Assembly: GCF_001194135.2 (NCBI RefSeq)
Contig: NC_068997.1
Location: 10,676,642 to 10,740,641 of the forward strand
DNA: 64,000 nucleotides
From: Octopus bimaculoides
Taxonomy: Eukaryota
Direction of reading: 5' to 3'
Part shown: piece by piece, positions 10,897 to 24,867 of the stretch
Layout: every line of letters begins with the position of its first letter
How positions within the stretch are numbered: the stretch's first letter is position 1
Notes under the pieces: model-generated
The model's database searches: none
Told to the model about the DNA's origin: nothing
Seen by the model: the letters and a program-made list of their open reading frames with translations, nothing else
Translations under genes and position numbers: made by a program

Positions 10897-13237
10897 NNNN
10901 NNNNNNNNNNNNNNNNNNNNNNNNNNNNNNNNNNNNNNNNNNNNNNNNNNNNNNNNNNNNNNNNNNNNNNNNNNNNNNNNNNNNNNNNNNNNNNNNNNNN
11001 NNNNNNNNNNNNNNNNNNNNNNNNNNNNNNNNNNNNNNNNNNNNNNNNNNNNNNNNNNNNNNNNNNNNNNNNNNNNNNNNNNNNNNNNNNNNNNNNNNNN
11101 NNNNNNNNNNNNNNNNNNNNNNNNNNNNNNNNNNNNNNNNNNNNNNNNNNNNNNNNNNNNNNNNNNNNNNNNNNNNNNNNNNNNNNNNNNNNNNNNNNNN
11201 NNNNNNNNNNNNNNNNNNNNNNNNNNNNNNNNNNNNNNNNNNNNNNNNNNNNNNNNNNNNNNNNNNNNNNNNNNNNNNNNNNNNNNNNNNNNNNNNNNNN
11301 NNNNNNNNNNNNNNNNNNNNNNNNNNNNNNNNNNNNNNNNNNNNNNNNNNNNNNNNNNNNNNNNNNNNNNNNNNNNNNNNNNNNNNNNNNNNNNNNNNNN
11401 NNNNNNNNNNNNNNNNNNNNNNNNNNNNNNNNNNNNNNNNNNNNNNNNNNNNNNNNNNNNNNNNNNNNNNNNNNNNNNNNNNNNNNNNNNNNNNNNNNNN
11501 NNNNNNNNNNNNNNNNNNNNNNNNNNNNNNNNNNNNNNNNNNNNNNNNNNNNNNNNNNNNNNNNNNNNNNNNNNNNNNNNNNNNNNNNNNNNNNNATATA
11601 TAGCATTACTACTATGGGAAATTATTACTCTGATTTACTAGTCGCTTTACGAGTAGTCTCTGGGTACAAATTAACTCGTACATCGGAATCTTTACTGTAT
11701 TTCATTAACAGAACTGTATTGGCTGAGCTGTACAAATACATTATTACTTCTACCGTGCTTACACCCTTATGGTATTCCTGAAATTGCTAGGCTGTACATT
11801 ACTTTGAGATCCAAACTCATTTATTATATTAATGTACTTAAGTTTTGCTGACAAAATAAAAGACTTTTTTTCATAATGATTATGGATAATAGTTTAAGGA
11901 TACAATGTTGTTAAAAGTATCCACGATGAAAATCCATTCAGAAATAATTTATTAAATTTAAATGTAAGTTTTAGTAATTGCTGTTTTATGCATGATATAA
12001 TATATGGGATTTTGAAACAGTAGAAAATGTTGCATCAGACGATCTCCGCTTCAAGTTTGGTGAAGAGTTGTAGACTGATACAACAGAGTTGTGGACTTTT
12101 CGCACTTAAAAACTTTTGCTCACACAACGTATATAATCCATAGTAGTGTAATGGAGCTTAAATATATTTCAGTTATCTTCGAAGTAGTATTTGAACTCAG
12201 CTCTAGAAGCTAACAAAATACTCGTTAATTATTCACTCCATCGCTTTGAACAGTGAGTTCTATCACATTATCGTAATAACCTATTTACAGATAAATGGAT
12301 CGACTCATAAAATTGAAGTGTTTACTACAAGAATACAAAGAATCGTCAACGTTTCGATTAATCAACCACCTCATATCAACCAGGTGCTAATATCATAAAA
12401 TTATTTATAGTTTCGCAAATGAAAATAAAAAGAGAGAGAGCATGTTTTACACATCAAGCAATATATATTTCAAATGTAAGGATGGTTTTAACACTTGGTT
12501 TTATCTTCATAGCAAACAGAAATATGATTTAATTTGCAGGCAGTAAATATTTAGATATTTATTGCAATTAAAATGTTGATTAGAGTATATTTAATTTGTC
12601 TTACTCATAATAAGATTAAAATATATTCCATTATTTAACTGACATACATTTGAATTTTACAGTTATTCTGAAACGTTTATTATATTATATTGATAAGACA
12701 AGAGAAACAATTAAACAACAAAGTAACAGCTAAGATTCATTTAAAAATAATTAACAATAGGAAATAGTGTTATGTTCAAAGCCCAAATTATTAGCAACAG
12801 ACTTAAGAAAAAAATTAATCATATTAACATTATGCCTAAGTAAATTATTAATATTTGGAAAATTTTGCAACATATTCTTATAACATCGTACCAAAAGAAA
12901 CATGTGGACGCATATATTAAGTAAAAAAACAAAACAAAAAAAAAAACAGTTATATAAATGAAACAAGTTTATATTATCAAATAATTTTGTATTGCAGCTT
13001 CACACTATAATAGGATTTCAAAACTATATTTCAAGAAAACGAAGTAAATTTAATCATATTTTCAAATTATTCTTTTTTGCAATTAATTTTTATTGTTGAA
13101 ATTCATCATTTATACAAAGATGCACGTATGTACATATATTACACGCGAATACAGGTACTCACATATAGAGATACTTCACACAAATGCATGCATTCAAATT
13201 CATTTAAAAGTGTATTAACATATATTCTTATCTAATA

Positions 13238-13372
13238 TTTCGTCCGTCGCTATTTTCTGAGTTCAAATTCCGCCGAGGTCGACTTTGCCTTTCATCCTTT
13301 CGGGGTCGATAAAATAAGTGCAAATTACATACCGAGGTCGATGTATTTGAAGCCTTGTGCTTCCAGTAGAAG
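13238..13372 (+). mobile_element. SINE family A fragment (5'-truncated, internally deleted), tail-to-tail with the PLE
   Basis: TTCTGAGTTCAAATTCCGCCGAGGTCGACTTTGCCTTTCATCCTTTCGGGGTCGATAAAATAAGT. Confidence 0.85.
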
Positions 13373-13436
13373 GGATATATACATTATTTACTTTATTTAC
13401 ATTTGACGGATATTTGTCCTCATCTTGTTTCTTGTT

Positions 13437-13482
13437 AACACTACGTTTCGGCTGATATACCCGCCACCCTTCATCAGGTGTC
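13437..13482 (-). ncRNA. Minimal type I hammerhead ribozyme in the PLE pseudo-LTR
   Basis: Minus strand: GACAC (stem I) CTGATGA A GGGTG-gcgggtatat-CAGCC (stem II, 4/5 pairs) GAAAC GTA| GTGTT (stem I, 4 WC + 1 GU). All core nucleotides are intact and stem III is the palindrome ACGT. Hammerheads in PLE pseudo-LTRs are established. Confidence 0.85.
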
Positions 13483-13529
13483 TTGGGGAAATTTCGAAAC
13501 TGGGTTCTCATTCCTAATGTATTTTTCGA

Positions 13530-13560
<31 letters not shown>

Positions 13561-13577
13561 TATTATTCAGGTCACTG

Positions 13578-13628
13578 AATAATCTTGGGATTAGTAGCCT
13601 GCGCTCTTAACCACCAAGCCATATGGCC
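13578..13628 (-). promoter_or_regulatory. tRNA-like segment (A-box, D arm, anticodon arm) inside the PLE 3' UTR; B-box absent in this copy
   Basis: Minus strand GGCCATATGGCTTGGTGGTTAAGAGCGCAGGCTACTAATCCCAAGATT: TGGCnnGGTGG A-box (13611-13621) then GTTAAGAGCGC and a CTACTAA loop, as in tRNA-derived SINE heads. Confidence 0.5.
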
Positions 13629-15384
13629 ATGGGCAATTATAGAGTGAATTTTAGGGCTTATAAATCTAATATTCTCCTATCCTTCCTTAATACCGGTTTC
13701 CATATGCTATTCATTTCTGCACTCGGTCTGCTTAGGAGGTTGTTGTGTCCTAGCATATATGCTGCTTATTTTAGTTTTCGCATTTTCCAGTGGTGTTTTC
13801 TGTCTATTATTTTAACTTCATCTCACAGAGGGAGGTAGTCTCCATTTTTGCCATACATGATCAGCTATAACCGATTTATCAATATCTCCCCTTGTCACAG
13901 CTTCGCGATGTTCCTCTACCCTTATTTTGAGGGCGCGGTATGCTTCACTTGTGTATAACCTACCACACCTGCATGGAATAGAGTACACGCAGTTCTTGGT
14001 CATATTCTCTTCTATTGGTGGTTTTACTCGAAGGAGATATTTGCGAAGTGTTATATTACTTTTGAATACTGTCCTGATGTCATATGAGCAGCATACCTTT
14101 TGTATCTTTTCGAAGAGGCCTTTCACATTGGGTAGACAGACTGTGGGCAGTTTATCGGTTTCATCCTCTCTTTTCTTCATAACTGGAGTGAAGAGTATGC
14201 TTTTGGGGTAGTTGTTGCTTAATAGATTGTTACTGAGCTTGATCATTTCTTAGTGGTGGGTATCACGATCGCTACTTATATTCATTGCTCGATGTTTTAG
14301 GCACTGAGCAATCCCTCACTTTACACTGTATGAATGATGAGAGTTAAAGTTGATATATATTCTTATTTAGTATTTTTATTCTTTTTCAATAAAAGGTAGA
14401 GGGGGATTTAGAAGCGGCAGGTTCTGAGCTTAAATAATCAAATGTTTCTTATCGCGCCTCTACGTTCCGAGCTCGAATCCTGCATTGTTATGTTTAAACT
14501 ATTTCTAACGGGTGAAAAATGAGGAAAACACACTGGTAGAGGCCGCCATAAGACGGTTTCATGTGACTGAAGTATCTGGGCTTGTTGAAGTGTTTGTCCT
14601 TAATATACCAAGGAATGAAATCTACACCCACATCTCAAGTTAGTACAGAAATGTTGGCTCCATAGTTTCGCACATTGCGAATGGTTGAAACATGGAAGAA
14701 CTCATTCATGATCTGATATTCATATACAAGGAGTTCAGCTTAAATAAACATATCTCGACCAATCTAACATTAGATAATTCCCTAGATACTACATTAGTTC
14801 TTAAGATGGCTAAGTACTGTTCCTATTGAATGTTAAACAGGAAAACGTTATATTTATTAATTTCATATACTTACCAGTTGTATGGAGTAAGCTAGTCGAA
14901 AGTTTCCTAATCGTCCCTAACCGTAGGGACATCTTTGACAGTTTAGCCTCAAATATAATGAGGCTCAATCTATGAGTGTTTTCCGTGAGAAGAATACTTT
15001 GTTCAAGTCTCTTTCGAGGAGAACAAGATGAGTGGAAGCAATCTGATTTAATCCATTCCACGTTGCTATAAATTTCGCTACGAACGTTCCGCTTCGAGCA
15101 AGGCATACATTCACGCATACACTCAGCTGTGTACATACACACATACATGTATGCATGCATATTTGTATGTACATGTGTGTGCGTGTGTGTTTGTGAGTGT
15201 ATATATGTATAGGCACACATATAAATAATCATTATTTCAGTCTCATACATTGTTTCCTTCTGTATTTTTAAAAATAAATTTGTAAAAATATTTTTGGAAA
15301 CCTGCATTTATAGATTAAGCAAACTCTGGGTGAAATATGTGACATTTGTTAATGGCATGCCATTTCAGTATTGACAGAAAGCAT

Positions 15385-15730
15385 TGAGAGAGCTGAAAAA
15401 CCATCAACAGATTATAGAAATGTCACTGGACTTACATAAACTAAAATCACAAATGGTAGTGAATTTACCTTGCTCTATGATATATCTGAAATATGATAGA
15501 GAACAGGCTAACATATATATGGCAGTGAGTGAGTATAGAATAATATTGAATCTAACGAAATTACACTAATGATAAGAAGATTTATTAGTGTTTATATTTC
15601 CTTTCAAGCAGGATAACGGAGAAATTCTGAAATCCATATTGATTAAAGATTAGAGAAATGTAATAGAGAATGAGCTTCATCTTTGTTAACTAGAATGAAG
15701 ACTTCGGATCTGCGAACTGGATTATTAGTG
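15385..15730 (+). mobile_element. Very degraded RTE-like RT fragment
   Basis: DYRNVTGL, QAG*RRNS, LEKCNRE and FIFVN*NEDFGSAN loosely match NYRxISLL / QAGFRxxRS / EKCRE / FVDYEKAFDSV in the expected order. Confidence 0.35.
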
Positions 15731-17827
15731 AAGAAAATAAATATGTTCAAGGAGATTACTAGGTTGGCTTCTATATAGATGCTCGACTAGCTAGAAATAG
15801 CATCAACATTTTTTTATTGATATTACATCCTATCATGCTTTGAAAGTAAGGAGTGATATGTTTATTGTCTAATGTTATCATAGATGTGATGTTTGAAAAA
15901 TTGAGGCGGATGGTAACAGCTCTAATTCCTTTTAGCCAAAGTTTAAAATAACGATAATATTAAACACATGTTTGGTCGACAAAGCCATGGAGTGAGCCTA
16001 TGGTGGTTTCTTGATCTGCTGGAAATGATAGTTGAATCTTACGAAAAATCACTCTCAGACTTTGAGTGAATATAACAATAACAACAATAAGTATGAAATT
16101 TGTAGTACGGTATATGGTAAATTTTGACAGATGCTCATTTTGCGCCATTATTATATTTTGACAATCTTCATTTTTTGTTAGAAAGCTGACACATCTTTTT
16201 CCTTATTCTAACTCATTTTGCGCTTTATAAAGTATTTATAAATCGCTTTTTGCTATTTTTGTTTAGAGGTGGATAATAAGTCGGAAATACGTATAGTTTT
16301 GAAATATGTGTTCTATCGTGGAAATACAACATCACAAACATCTCAGAATATTAATGGAGTATTTCTTTATAATATTATTACACAGCATATGTAAAGAATA
16401 TTTTTTCTCTAAGTCAAAAATTCTGTAAAAACTCCATATTGTGCCCCGCCCCACTTATAACTCAGAAATAGCCAGGAACTGTAGATATCCTGTAGAAAGG
16501 TAGCATAGTTTAGAGCATCGTCGCTGCTTATAGAAGTGGTTTTGTGTGCAACCCACAGTATTTCAAATCCGCCGGCTTAGATGCAAATGAGAGTTCAATG
16601 CTTTGATCGCAAATACGAAGTTGTACCGTTGACAGGATATTGATATCTGATCATGAACTAGTTTCACTTGTTTTATAGATGCTGTTATCTGTGGTCGCAC
16701 TATTCATACATTAAATATAGTATATAGTGTACTTTATTAAGAATAATGAAAAAATTATAAGGATAATATTGCTTAAGTGAGTAATTTGATACCGATATAT
16801 TACTAGTATTATATGCGATAAATCTAAGAATGATATATATTCAAAAAAATGCTCTCACTCTAATTTCTGAATATTTTTGTTGCTCTCCGGTTGAAATAAA
16901 AAAAAAAAAGATTTGTTGTTTTCAAAAGTAGTAGTAATAATTAACCTGAATTAAAAGTTCAACAATGTTGACCATCATCAATTAATTAACTAAGCTTTTA
17001 AAAGACACAGAAGATTAGGAAAATAAGAGATTTTTAGCAATTCATTGTTTATGTATGTTTATTTTACGCCTGTTAAGGGAATGCTAAAATGAAGTGCTTT
17101 TTCTCTAGAATACTTTGTTTCCTTTGAAGAAGGAATCAATAACCGAATTCCGTATCTGAAATTTTACAGTCTCATCAGTCTGAAAGCAAAGAGAAACATT
17201 TTCAATCAACTTCTGAACAAAACAATTAACCAAGATTTCCTACGGGAAGATATACACACACACACACACACANNNNNNNNNNNNNNNNNNNNNNNNNNNN
17301 NNNNNNNNNNNNNNNNNNNNNNNNNNNNNNNNNNNNNNNNNNNNNNNNNNNNNNNNNNNNNNNNNNNNNNNNNNNNNNNNNNNNNNNNNNNNNNNNNNNN
17401 NNNNNNNNNNNNNNNNNNNNNNNNNNNNNNNNNNNNNNNNNNNNNNNNNNNNNNNNNNNNNNNNNNNNNNNNNNNNNNNNNNNNNNNNNNNNNNNNNNNN
17501 NNNNNNNNNNNNNNNNNNNNNNNNNNNNNNNNNNNNNNNNNNNNNNNNNNNNNNNNNNNNNNNNNNNNNNNNNNNNNNNNNNNNNNNNNNNNNNNNNNNN
17601 NNNNNNNNNNNNNNNNNNNNNNNNNNNNNNNNNNNNNNNNNNNNNNNNNNNNNNNNNNNNNNNNNNNNNNNNNNNNNNNNNNNNNNNNNNNNNNNNNNNN
17701 NNNNNNNNNNNNNNNNNNNNNNNNNNNNNNNCTATTTCCTCATTTTTAAATTATAGCTGGTACGTGTAGGGATGAAAAAATAATATTAAAGTTCAGTGAT
17801 CGAAGCTATAATTAGTAGTGTATCACA

Positions 17828-17955
<128 letters not shown>

Positions 17956-17994
17956 AACAATAGTTAGCTGGAGTAGATATAGACTTCTATGTTG

Positions 17995-18600
17995 GTAATA
18001 GTGAAGAAAGTTTATTAAAAACTGCTTGAGTCACAGCAAGACATAGGGAAACCAAAACACCAAACGAACTTAAAAACCAAAAGAAAGTACAGAAATTATC
18101 TGACTGGCAGGAGGAGGAGGAGTTGCATAGTATACTCCGAAAGATAGTTTCAGCAAATAGCAGTAGTGAGACATGGTTATGGTTGCAGAAAGCAAAGCTG
18201 AAGTGGGAGACAGAAAGTTTGTTAGTAGCTGCACAAGATAAAGCATTAAGGACTAATTGGATAAAAGCCAAGATAGACAAAAACAACTAGTTTCTCAATC
18301 TGGGTTGTGCAAATCAAAAGAGAAAACCGTTACTCATACAGTAAGTGAATGTAGCATGCTGGCACAGAAAGAATACAAGAAAAGACATGACAATCTAGGC
18401 AGAGTAATCCATTGGGAGCTATGTAGAGAGCTAGGATTTGAACATACTGATAAATGGTATGAACACGAACCTAGTAAAGTACTAGAAAGTAAGAAATACA
18501 AGAGGCTGTGGGACTTTAACATTCAGATTTACAGAGTAATAGAAAGTAGAAGGCCTGATTTGGTGGTAGTAGACAAAGAGAATAGAAAATGTTAAATACA
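17995..18600 (+). mobile_element. R4/Dong-like non-LTR retrotransposon fragment (zinc knuckle + restriction-like endonuclease)
   Basis: TWLWLQKAKLKWETESLLVAAQDKALRTN, then GLCKSKEKTVTHTVSEC..LAQKEYKKRHD...IHWELC...KWYEHEP...LWDFNIQ...RRPDLVVVDK (ORF 18257-18595), the PD-(D/E)xK nuclease signature. Confidence 0.9.
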
Positions 18601-21600
18601 CGCATATACAAATTCTAGACATTTTAGGAATGTTAAGTTAAACAAATGAATGTAAATATAATAACAAATATTGCCATATATGGACAAAGTTTCGGTAAGA
18701 ATAGTATAGAAAGACCCCAAATACAGAAACACCAAGAAATGAACAGGGAAGAAGATGGCGGAATCATGAGATTATTTGGAGATAAAACATAATAGAGAGA
18801 GAAATTGAATCTCATGCTGTGCACTTATAGCTTTCTAGATTTAGAATGAATGATTGAATGCATACAATAGATTAGACGATACTTTCGTGGAACCGAGTCT
18901 ACGACCTGATGTCATTTTCTTATGTAGCCATTTCACTGAAGTTGTTAAAATCTTTTGTGTTCCACATTGAATTAGATGTACCTTATCTCTGTAGGAAAAT
19001 TAATATACAAGAATTATACGATTTTCAAAATTACACAGTACATAACGAACTAAGAAATTGTTATAAAAACAAGAAGAAAACAACCGCAAAACTAAAAAAT
19101 AAAAACAAAGTTATTCTTCATGCTATCGATTGAATCACGGTGACTATCATTGATTTTTAAAAGAAGCAAAAGTCATTGGTAAATTGAGTGAAGTGTTTCT
19201 TTCCATGAAAGCTATACAAATAAAATCTTCTCGTGGCACATGAACTTTGAAATCACGTAAAAACTAAAGAGTGTATCTTGAAATCACTTCAATCAATTGA
19301 CCATTGTTGATTCGAAGGAAAAATACACTTTGATAAAATTCCTCAAAGATAGCGATTTAATTAATCTTATACACATTAAACATTAAAATTTATTTAGAGG
19401 GAAGTCTCTGTATTGTGTTCATTTAATCAAGTATATTAATGAAGCATTGCTTCATGCATTTCTTGATTTTCACTTCTTTTTGATAATTAATTCTAAGTTA
19501 GTTAGCAGCGATTCAATTCATTTTTCCTTGTAACGAAACTTACACTTCTGGATGCTTGCAATAAAATAAAACATTTTAAAATAATCTTACCGTAATTAAA
19601 TTAGTTCTGAACAAACATTTAGTGATAAATTTTGGAATCTGAAATGTTGATATACTTAAATTATGCTAATTGTATTGAAATATTCCAGGCAAAAATCTGC
19701 ATTAATCAATATATTTGACATTAAAGTCAGGGTCATTCAAGTAATAGGCAATTTTAAATAATTTTATTTTACTTTAGATTGTGGCTTACCAAAATATTCA
19801 TCAAAATAATAAATCTGAAATTATTTTTAGATGCTACTTTCCTACAAAAAATTATCATCTCACACTGCCAAAATACATCCGATTTATGGTTTCTTTTGAC
19901 ATGAAATAAAGCTAAGTTTTGCAGGAGGAATCTCAGTCGGACTGCAATGACCTCTGTTATAGTTCTTTAACGCCGCTGTATATCAGGCACTTTTTGTAAA
20001 ATATACGTTTTTCTATGAGGTCATTAAAACCCCTCGCTCTACCTTTTCCCGTTCTGGAGAAAGGGACATTGTGAATTGTTATAAACGATCTTTTTAATAG
20101 CGTAACAGATTCTGAAATCAAGCTAGTGAGAGAGAGCAAATACGATGAACAGCACAGTTGCGGTAGATCTTGGGAGATTTGAACTTGGAGCGTATAAAAC
20201 CGAAACAAATACAGATGACATTCTTTTCAATGCTGCAGCAGTTCCACCATTTCACGACCTTCCATTATACAGCTGGCATTTATTCTATTAATCATGAAGC
20301 GATGAAAGGTTAAAGCTAACTCAGCAATATTCAAATCTATAATGAGGAAGGCAGGCAGTATATATATATTGTTCAGTAATTAGCACGACGTTCTGTTGTT
20401 TGTGAGAATTCATTGCCTGAGAAGTTAACATGTGGATCATTATAATCTTTTTAATAATCATGGTAATCATCATCATCATCTTGATTATCAACATTGTGAC
20501 CATGATGATTCTTTGATGATGCTCCTTGTCATAATATTCAATTATTTTATTTATGCTTCTCATTGTATATATATACGCATTACAAGAGAATATACGACTA
20601 ACTATTACGGATGACCCCCCCCCCCNNNNNNNNNNNNNNNNNNNNNNNNNNNNNNNNNNNNNNNNNNNNNNNNNNNNNNNNNNNNNNNNNNNNNNNNNNN
20701 NNNNNNNNNNNNNNNNNNNNNNNNNNNNNNNNNNNNNNNNNNNNNNNNNNNNNNNNNNNNNNNNNNNNNNNNNNNNNNNNNNNNNNNNNNNNNNNNNNNN
20801 NNNNNNNNNNNNNNNNNNNNNNNNNNNNNNNNNNNNNNNNNNNNNNNNNNNNNNNNNNNNNNNNNNNNNNNNNNNNNNNNNNNNNNNNNNNNNNNNNNNN
20901 NNNNNNNNNNNNNNNNNNNNNNNNNNNNNNNNNNNNNNNNNNNNNNNNNNNNNNNNNNNNNNNNNNNNNNNNNNNNNNNNNNNNATATATATATATATAT
21001 ATATACATATATGTATATACATATATATATATATATGCATATATGTATGCATGTATGTGGTGTCGAAACATGTACCTTAGCTATTTGCTAAAATATAAAT
21101 TGGTGAAATAAGAACTTAACCTTTATACTGAAATTAAACAAAAATCTCTGAATGACGTGTTATAGCATGGCTGAAATCCAATGACGTAAACCAGCAAAGG
21201 AATGTGATTTTGTAAACAGTAAATCATAACAGTGACATTTTTAATGTTAGCATACTTGTAAAAGAAAATTTGCTGCTTACACTAAAGATATTTCTCTCTG
21301 TTGAGATTTACATAAAACGCCGACTGTAAGTTACTAATTTTAACACAGCATTCACTCGAGATTGTATACTTGTTTTTCACTGATAAACATAGCTGGATTG
21401 AATATACTAATAGAATATTCTACTGCCTCTATGTATGCAAGACAGAATACAAAGTTAGATCTTATTTAGTTATAACTTATTTTGCTTTTATTTCAACAAA
21501 AGCTGTTATATTTAAATATTTCTGAATTCTTTACGTTAAATTTGTATGGCTTTGTAGTTATATACATAAGCGAAAGAATAATTTTTTGATTCGAAATCTA

Positions 21601-21879
21601 CATGACAATAATTATGCATTACAATTCTATTTTAAAATTCGTGCACCAGTGAGGGAGTCTTTATGTAGTTGCATGAACTGCAACCAAGAAAAAGCGGCCA
21701 AGTATGACACAAATTATTCTTCATCGTCTAAAATAGAAAAAAATAAAAGAAAAGAGAATGGAAACATTGAATGAGCAGGCTGCGATGTCTGAAAAAAGAA
21801 AAGAACAAGGATAAATCAGAAATAAGATGGAGCTAAATAACAAGTTCTACAAGTATTGGAGTAGACACAGCTTTTAATG

Positions 21880-22012
21880 GTCAATTGGCAGAGTTGTTAG
21901 AGGGTAGGTGATGGGTGCTTTTTGTAATCGTCGTCCCTGACTGTGAGTTCAAATTCTACCGAAGTAAACTTACTATTACTTTCAAGCTTTCGGTAAGATA
22001 AAGTACTTGGTC
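21880..22012 (+). mobile_element. Old SINE family A-like copy
   Basis: TTGGCAGAGTTGTTAG...GAGTTCAAATTCTACCGAAGT...GATAAAGTAC. Confidence 0.45.
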
Positions 22013-24361
22013 TGTTTTGTTTTTTTTCCAAACTCTCTTCTACACTTAAAATCTAGCTGTCTCTGTTTTGTGAATAAATCAACTTCGATCAAATCTGGGG
22101 AGAGATAGGCTCTGGCAGGACTGAAAGAATTTTAAAGACGAACCGTATACTACGATGATACTCTATAATTCCAAACGACGTCTAGAGTCCAAGCCAGAGG
22201 AGGCAGGCACTGCATTTAAGTCATAGAAAAAGTTGTATAATTGACTGCATTAAATGAGAATATAACAGATCCTATTTTTCAATCTTCACTCGAGAGAATT
22301 TCAGTTGAAAACACCCAGAGAGAAAATCTAATGCAGTTAACCTAATGTGTTACTGACTGGAGTATTTCCATCACCCTATATCATAAAATGTTTATTAAAT
22401 ATACAATTAGACCTTAATAATAAGCATCTTTACCTCCACTTAGCTATATAGTCATTTGCCATACAATAGTCATTGCGAACATTTTCTCAGTACTTTCTTT
22501 AACTAATTACTGAATGTTTCGACTGAACAGTCTTCATTTTTTCACTCACCTTGATTCTGGTAAGCATGTGTAAAAACCCTGCTTTGTTGAGGAAATTTAA
22601 TAATATCGAAACATATCTTCAGTTGTCCCAGTGCACATCAAAGAGAAAACACCTCTCCTCACTGTATAAACCAATATAAGTAATTTGTTTTGGATTCAGA
22701 GTTTTCTCCCTTGCTTTTCGGGAAGAATTATTAACGATTGTTACTTTTCTGTTAAGTGCGGCTATTATAGGAAATCTTTAAAAAGTATGCTTCTGTAAAA
22801 GAGATTTGAATCAAGTATCCTTGTCTGGTTATTGATTCTATTTTTGATTAAAACATCATATCACATTTCCACCCCATTTTTTTATTTTTGCAAACATTCA
22901 TCAGTTTTCCACTAGTAATATGTTCTTTCAAAGAATGAACATTCAAACATGCAAATGTAATCTAGATATCAAAGAAACAAAAAGAACCGATCTAAAGACA
23001 AAATGAAACGCCCACTGAGTTTTGCAGCATGTACATTTGGCGCCGAACGAACAATTTCAGTTTATAACCCTTACATATGTTATTGTGATCGTTAGGTCTT
23101 CTTTCTCTAAGAGGGCACAGTTGATGCAATTAAAAGCATCTATTCTCAATATAACATGGGTAAAGAATTATGGATTAAATTACTCTGATTCTCTTGCTGT
23201 TGCCATACTTTTGCCTAACTTTTAGTATTTTGAAAGATAAGATTATGATAGAGAATTACATCTATGCATAAGTTATGAAATCTATTTACGATCGGCTGCA
23301 CATCAAACACTACATATGCATTAAGCTTTCATCTCTATTTCAAACGAAGAGATTTACGCTTTCAAGACGTTTCTATGGTAAATTCCCCTTCTTTCAACGG
23401 ATAAAAATTATGAAATAATAATTCTGTAAGCAAAGAGAATTATAGAATACAATTCCACACTCTGCAGCTGTTTAATTGTGAACATAAAACCGAAAACATT
23501 TATTTATTAAATCGACAGAATGGCTATATAATTTTACCTCACATGCCCTAATGTATGAAAATGTATCGCACTCAGCATTTATTGCTACTTGAGTCAAAGA
23601 GAAAATAAATGCATAATAGATATCTATATTAAAAATAAATACAAAAATATCTCAGTTCTCCACAGAAACTAAAATCAAAATTCTATGAATTTGTAAACCT
23701 CAACGATGTTAATATAAGTGAGGACAGCCATTAACAAACTATCCTTCAAATTACTCACATAAAATTACAGTTTTGAATTGCTATATTATTGCTTTGCAAA
23801 CGTCAGAAAACTATATTAAATCAAAATATGAGAAATCTATATTTCGGCTTCCAAATGTTCTTTCTGTTTGTTGTACCTACTTGGAAATATGGAAAACTAG
23901 CCACCTGAAAACAATCGGATTATGTTTATTGGGAAGTTTTTGCTTGGTGATGGGCAAGTCTTGTTATAGTCTCTAGATACTGTATGTTATTTCCCTAGCA
24001 AAATACATACTTAGTTAGATGAGGCGTTGGACATCTCTGACAAAAATAACTTTATTTTTTATGCTTCGACGGAAAGATATTCAATTTATGTTCCATGAGA
24101 CCTTACAGCAGCAGTTAAGGAAACTAATGGATAGACGAAATAAACTTTGTTTACAAGACTGCAACATACATGAATTCGGAAACCTACAACCAGAGGCCTT
24201 AGAAAGTTAACAGCGACAACAACAGAAACCACAATGTTGATAATAATAATGTAATGACTCGGCAGGTTCGCTGCCCCAGCAACAGCTAGATGAAGAAAAA
24301 GGAGGGGAGAGGGGAGAAGAGGAAGGAGAGGTAGAACAATAACAACAATAATGTTAATAAT

Positions 24362-24867
24362 AGTGGTAAGTCCACTAGCCCAGAATGAATATAAGAGACG
24401 TCATGACAATATAGCAAGGATTATCCATTGGAGACTTTGCAAAAAGAATGGACTTGACAGAGCAAAAAAGTGGTACGTATATAAACCCGAAGGCATCATC
24501 GAAAATACTAATGCAAAGATCCTATGGGTTTTTATGATTCAGTGCGACCATAAGATGGAGAATGGGAAACCAGACATAATGTTAATTGAGAAAGAAAGGA
24601 AACGATGCTGGATCACAGATATAACATGCCCAGCTGACAACAAGGGATGCGATAAGGAAGAAAGAAAAGTTGATAGATGTTACAGGTTAGCTTGGGAGGT
24701 TAAGCAGTTGTGATCGCTGAAAAAGGTGGTAGTAGTACCACTAATTGTCGGAGCCCTGGGAACAGTAAGTAAAAATGTTGAGAAGTACATCGAATAAATA
24801 GGGGCTGCATTAAGAGTGGAGCACTTGCAGAAAACAGCACTGCTTGTAACCTCTCGAATACTTGACA

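Larger units (their letters stand above)
13375..14352 (-). mobile_element. 5'-truncated Penelope-like element (PLE): RT C-terminus, GIY-YIG endonuclease and pseudo-LTR
   Basis: Minus-strand reading: INFNSHHSYSVK*GIAQCLKHRAMNISS (PLE YLxFxSHHP motif), NNLLSNNYPK (NGYP-like), NCVYSIPCRCGRLYTSEAYRALKIRVEEHR (GIY-YIG with R..EH), KSVIADHVW, DEVKIID..HWKMRKLK*AAYML; final stop at 13658-13660; hammerhead downstream. Confidence 0.9.

Noticed and set aside
14560-15110. Possible RTE fragments in opposite orientations (twin-priming-like)
   Set aside because: Motif matches (IYQGMKST, YKEFSL; minus-strand CFHSSC) are too weak to support by eye.
17122-17152. TTTGAAGA-A-GG...CC-GAATTC hammerhead-like string
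   Set aside because: Core, GAAA and stems I/III are all defective.
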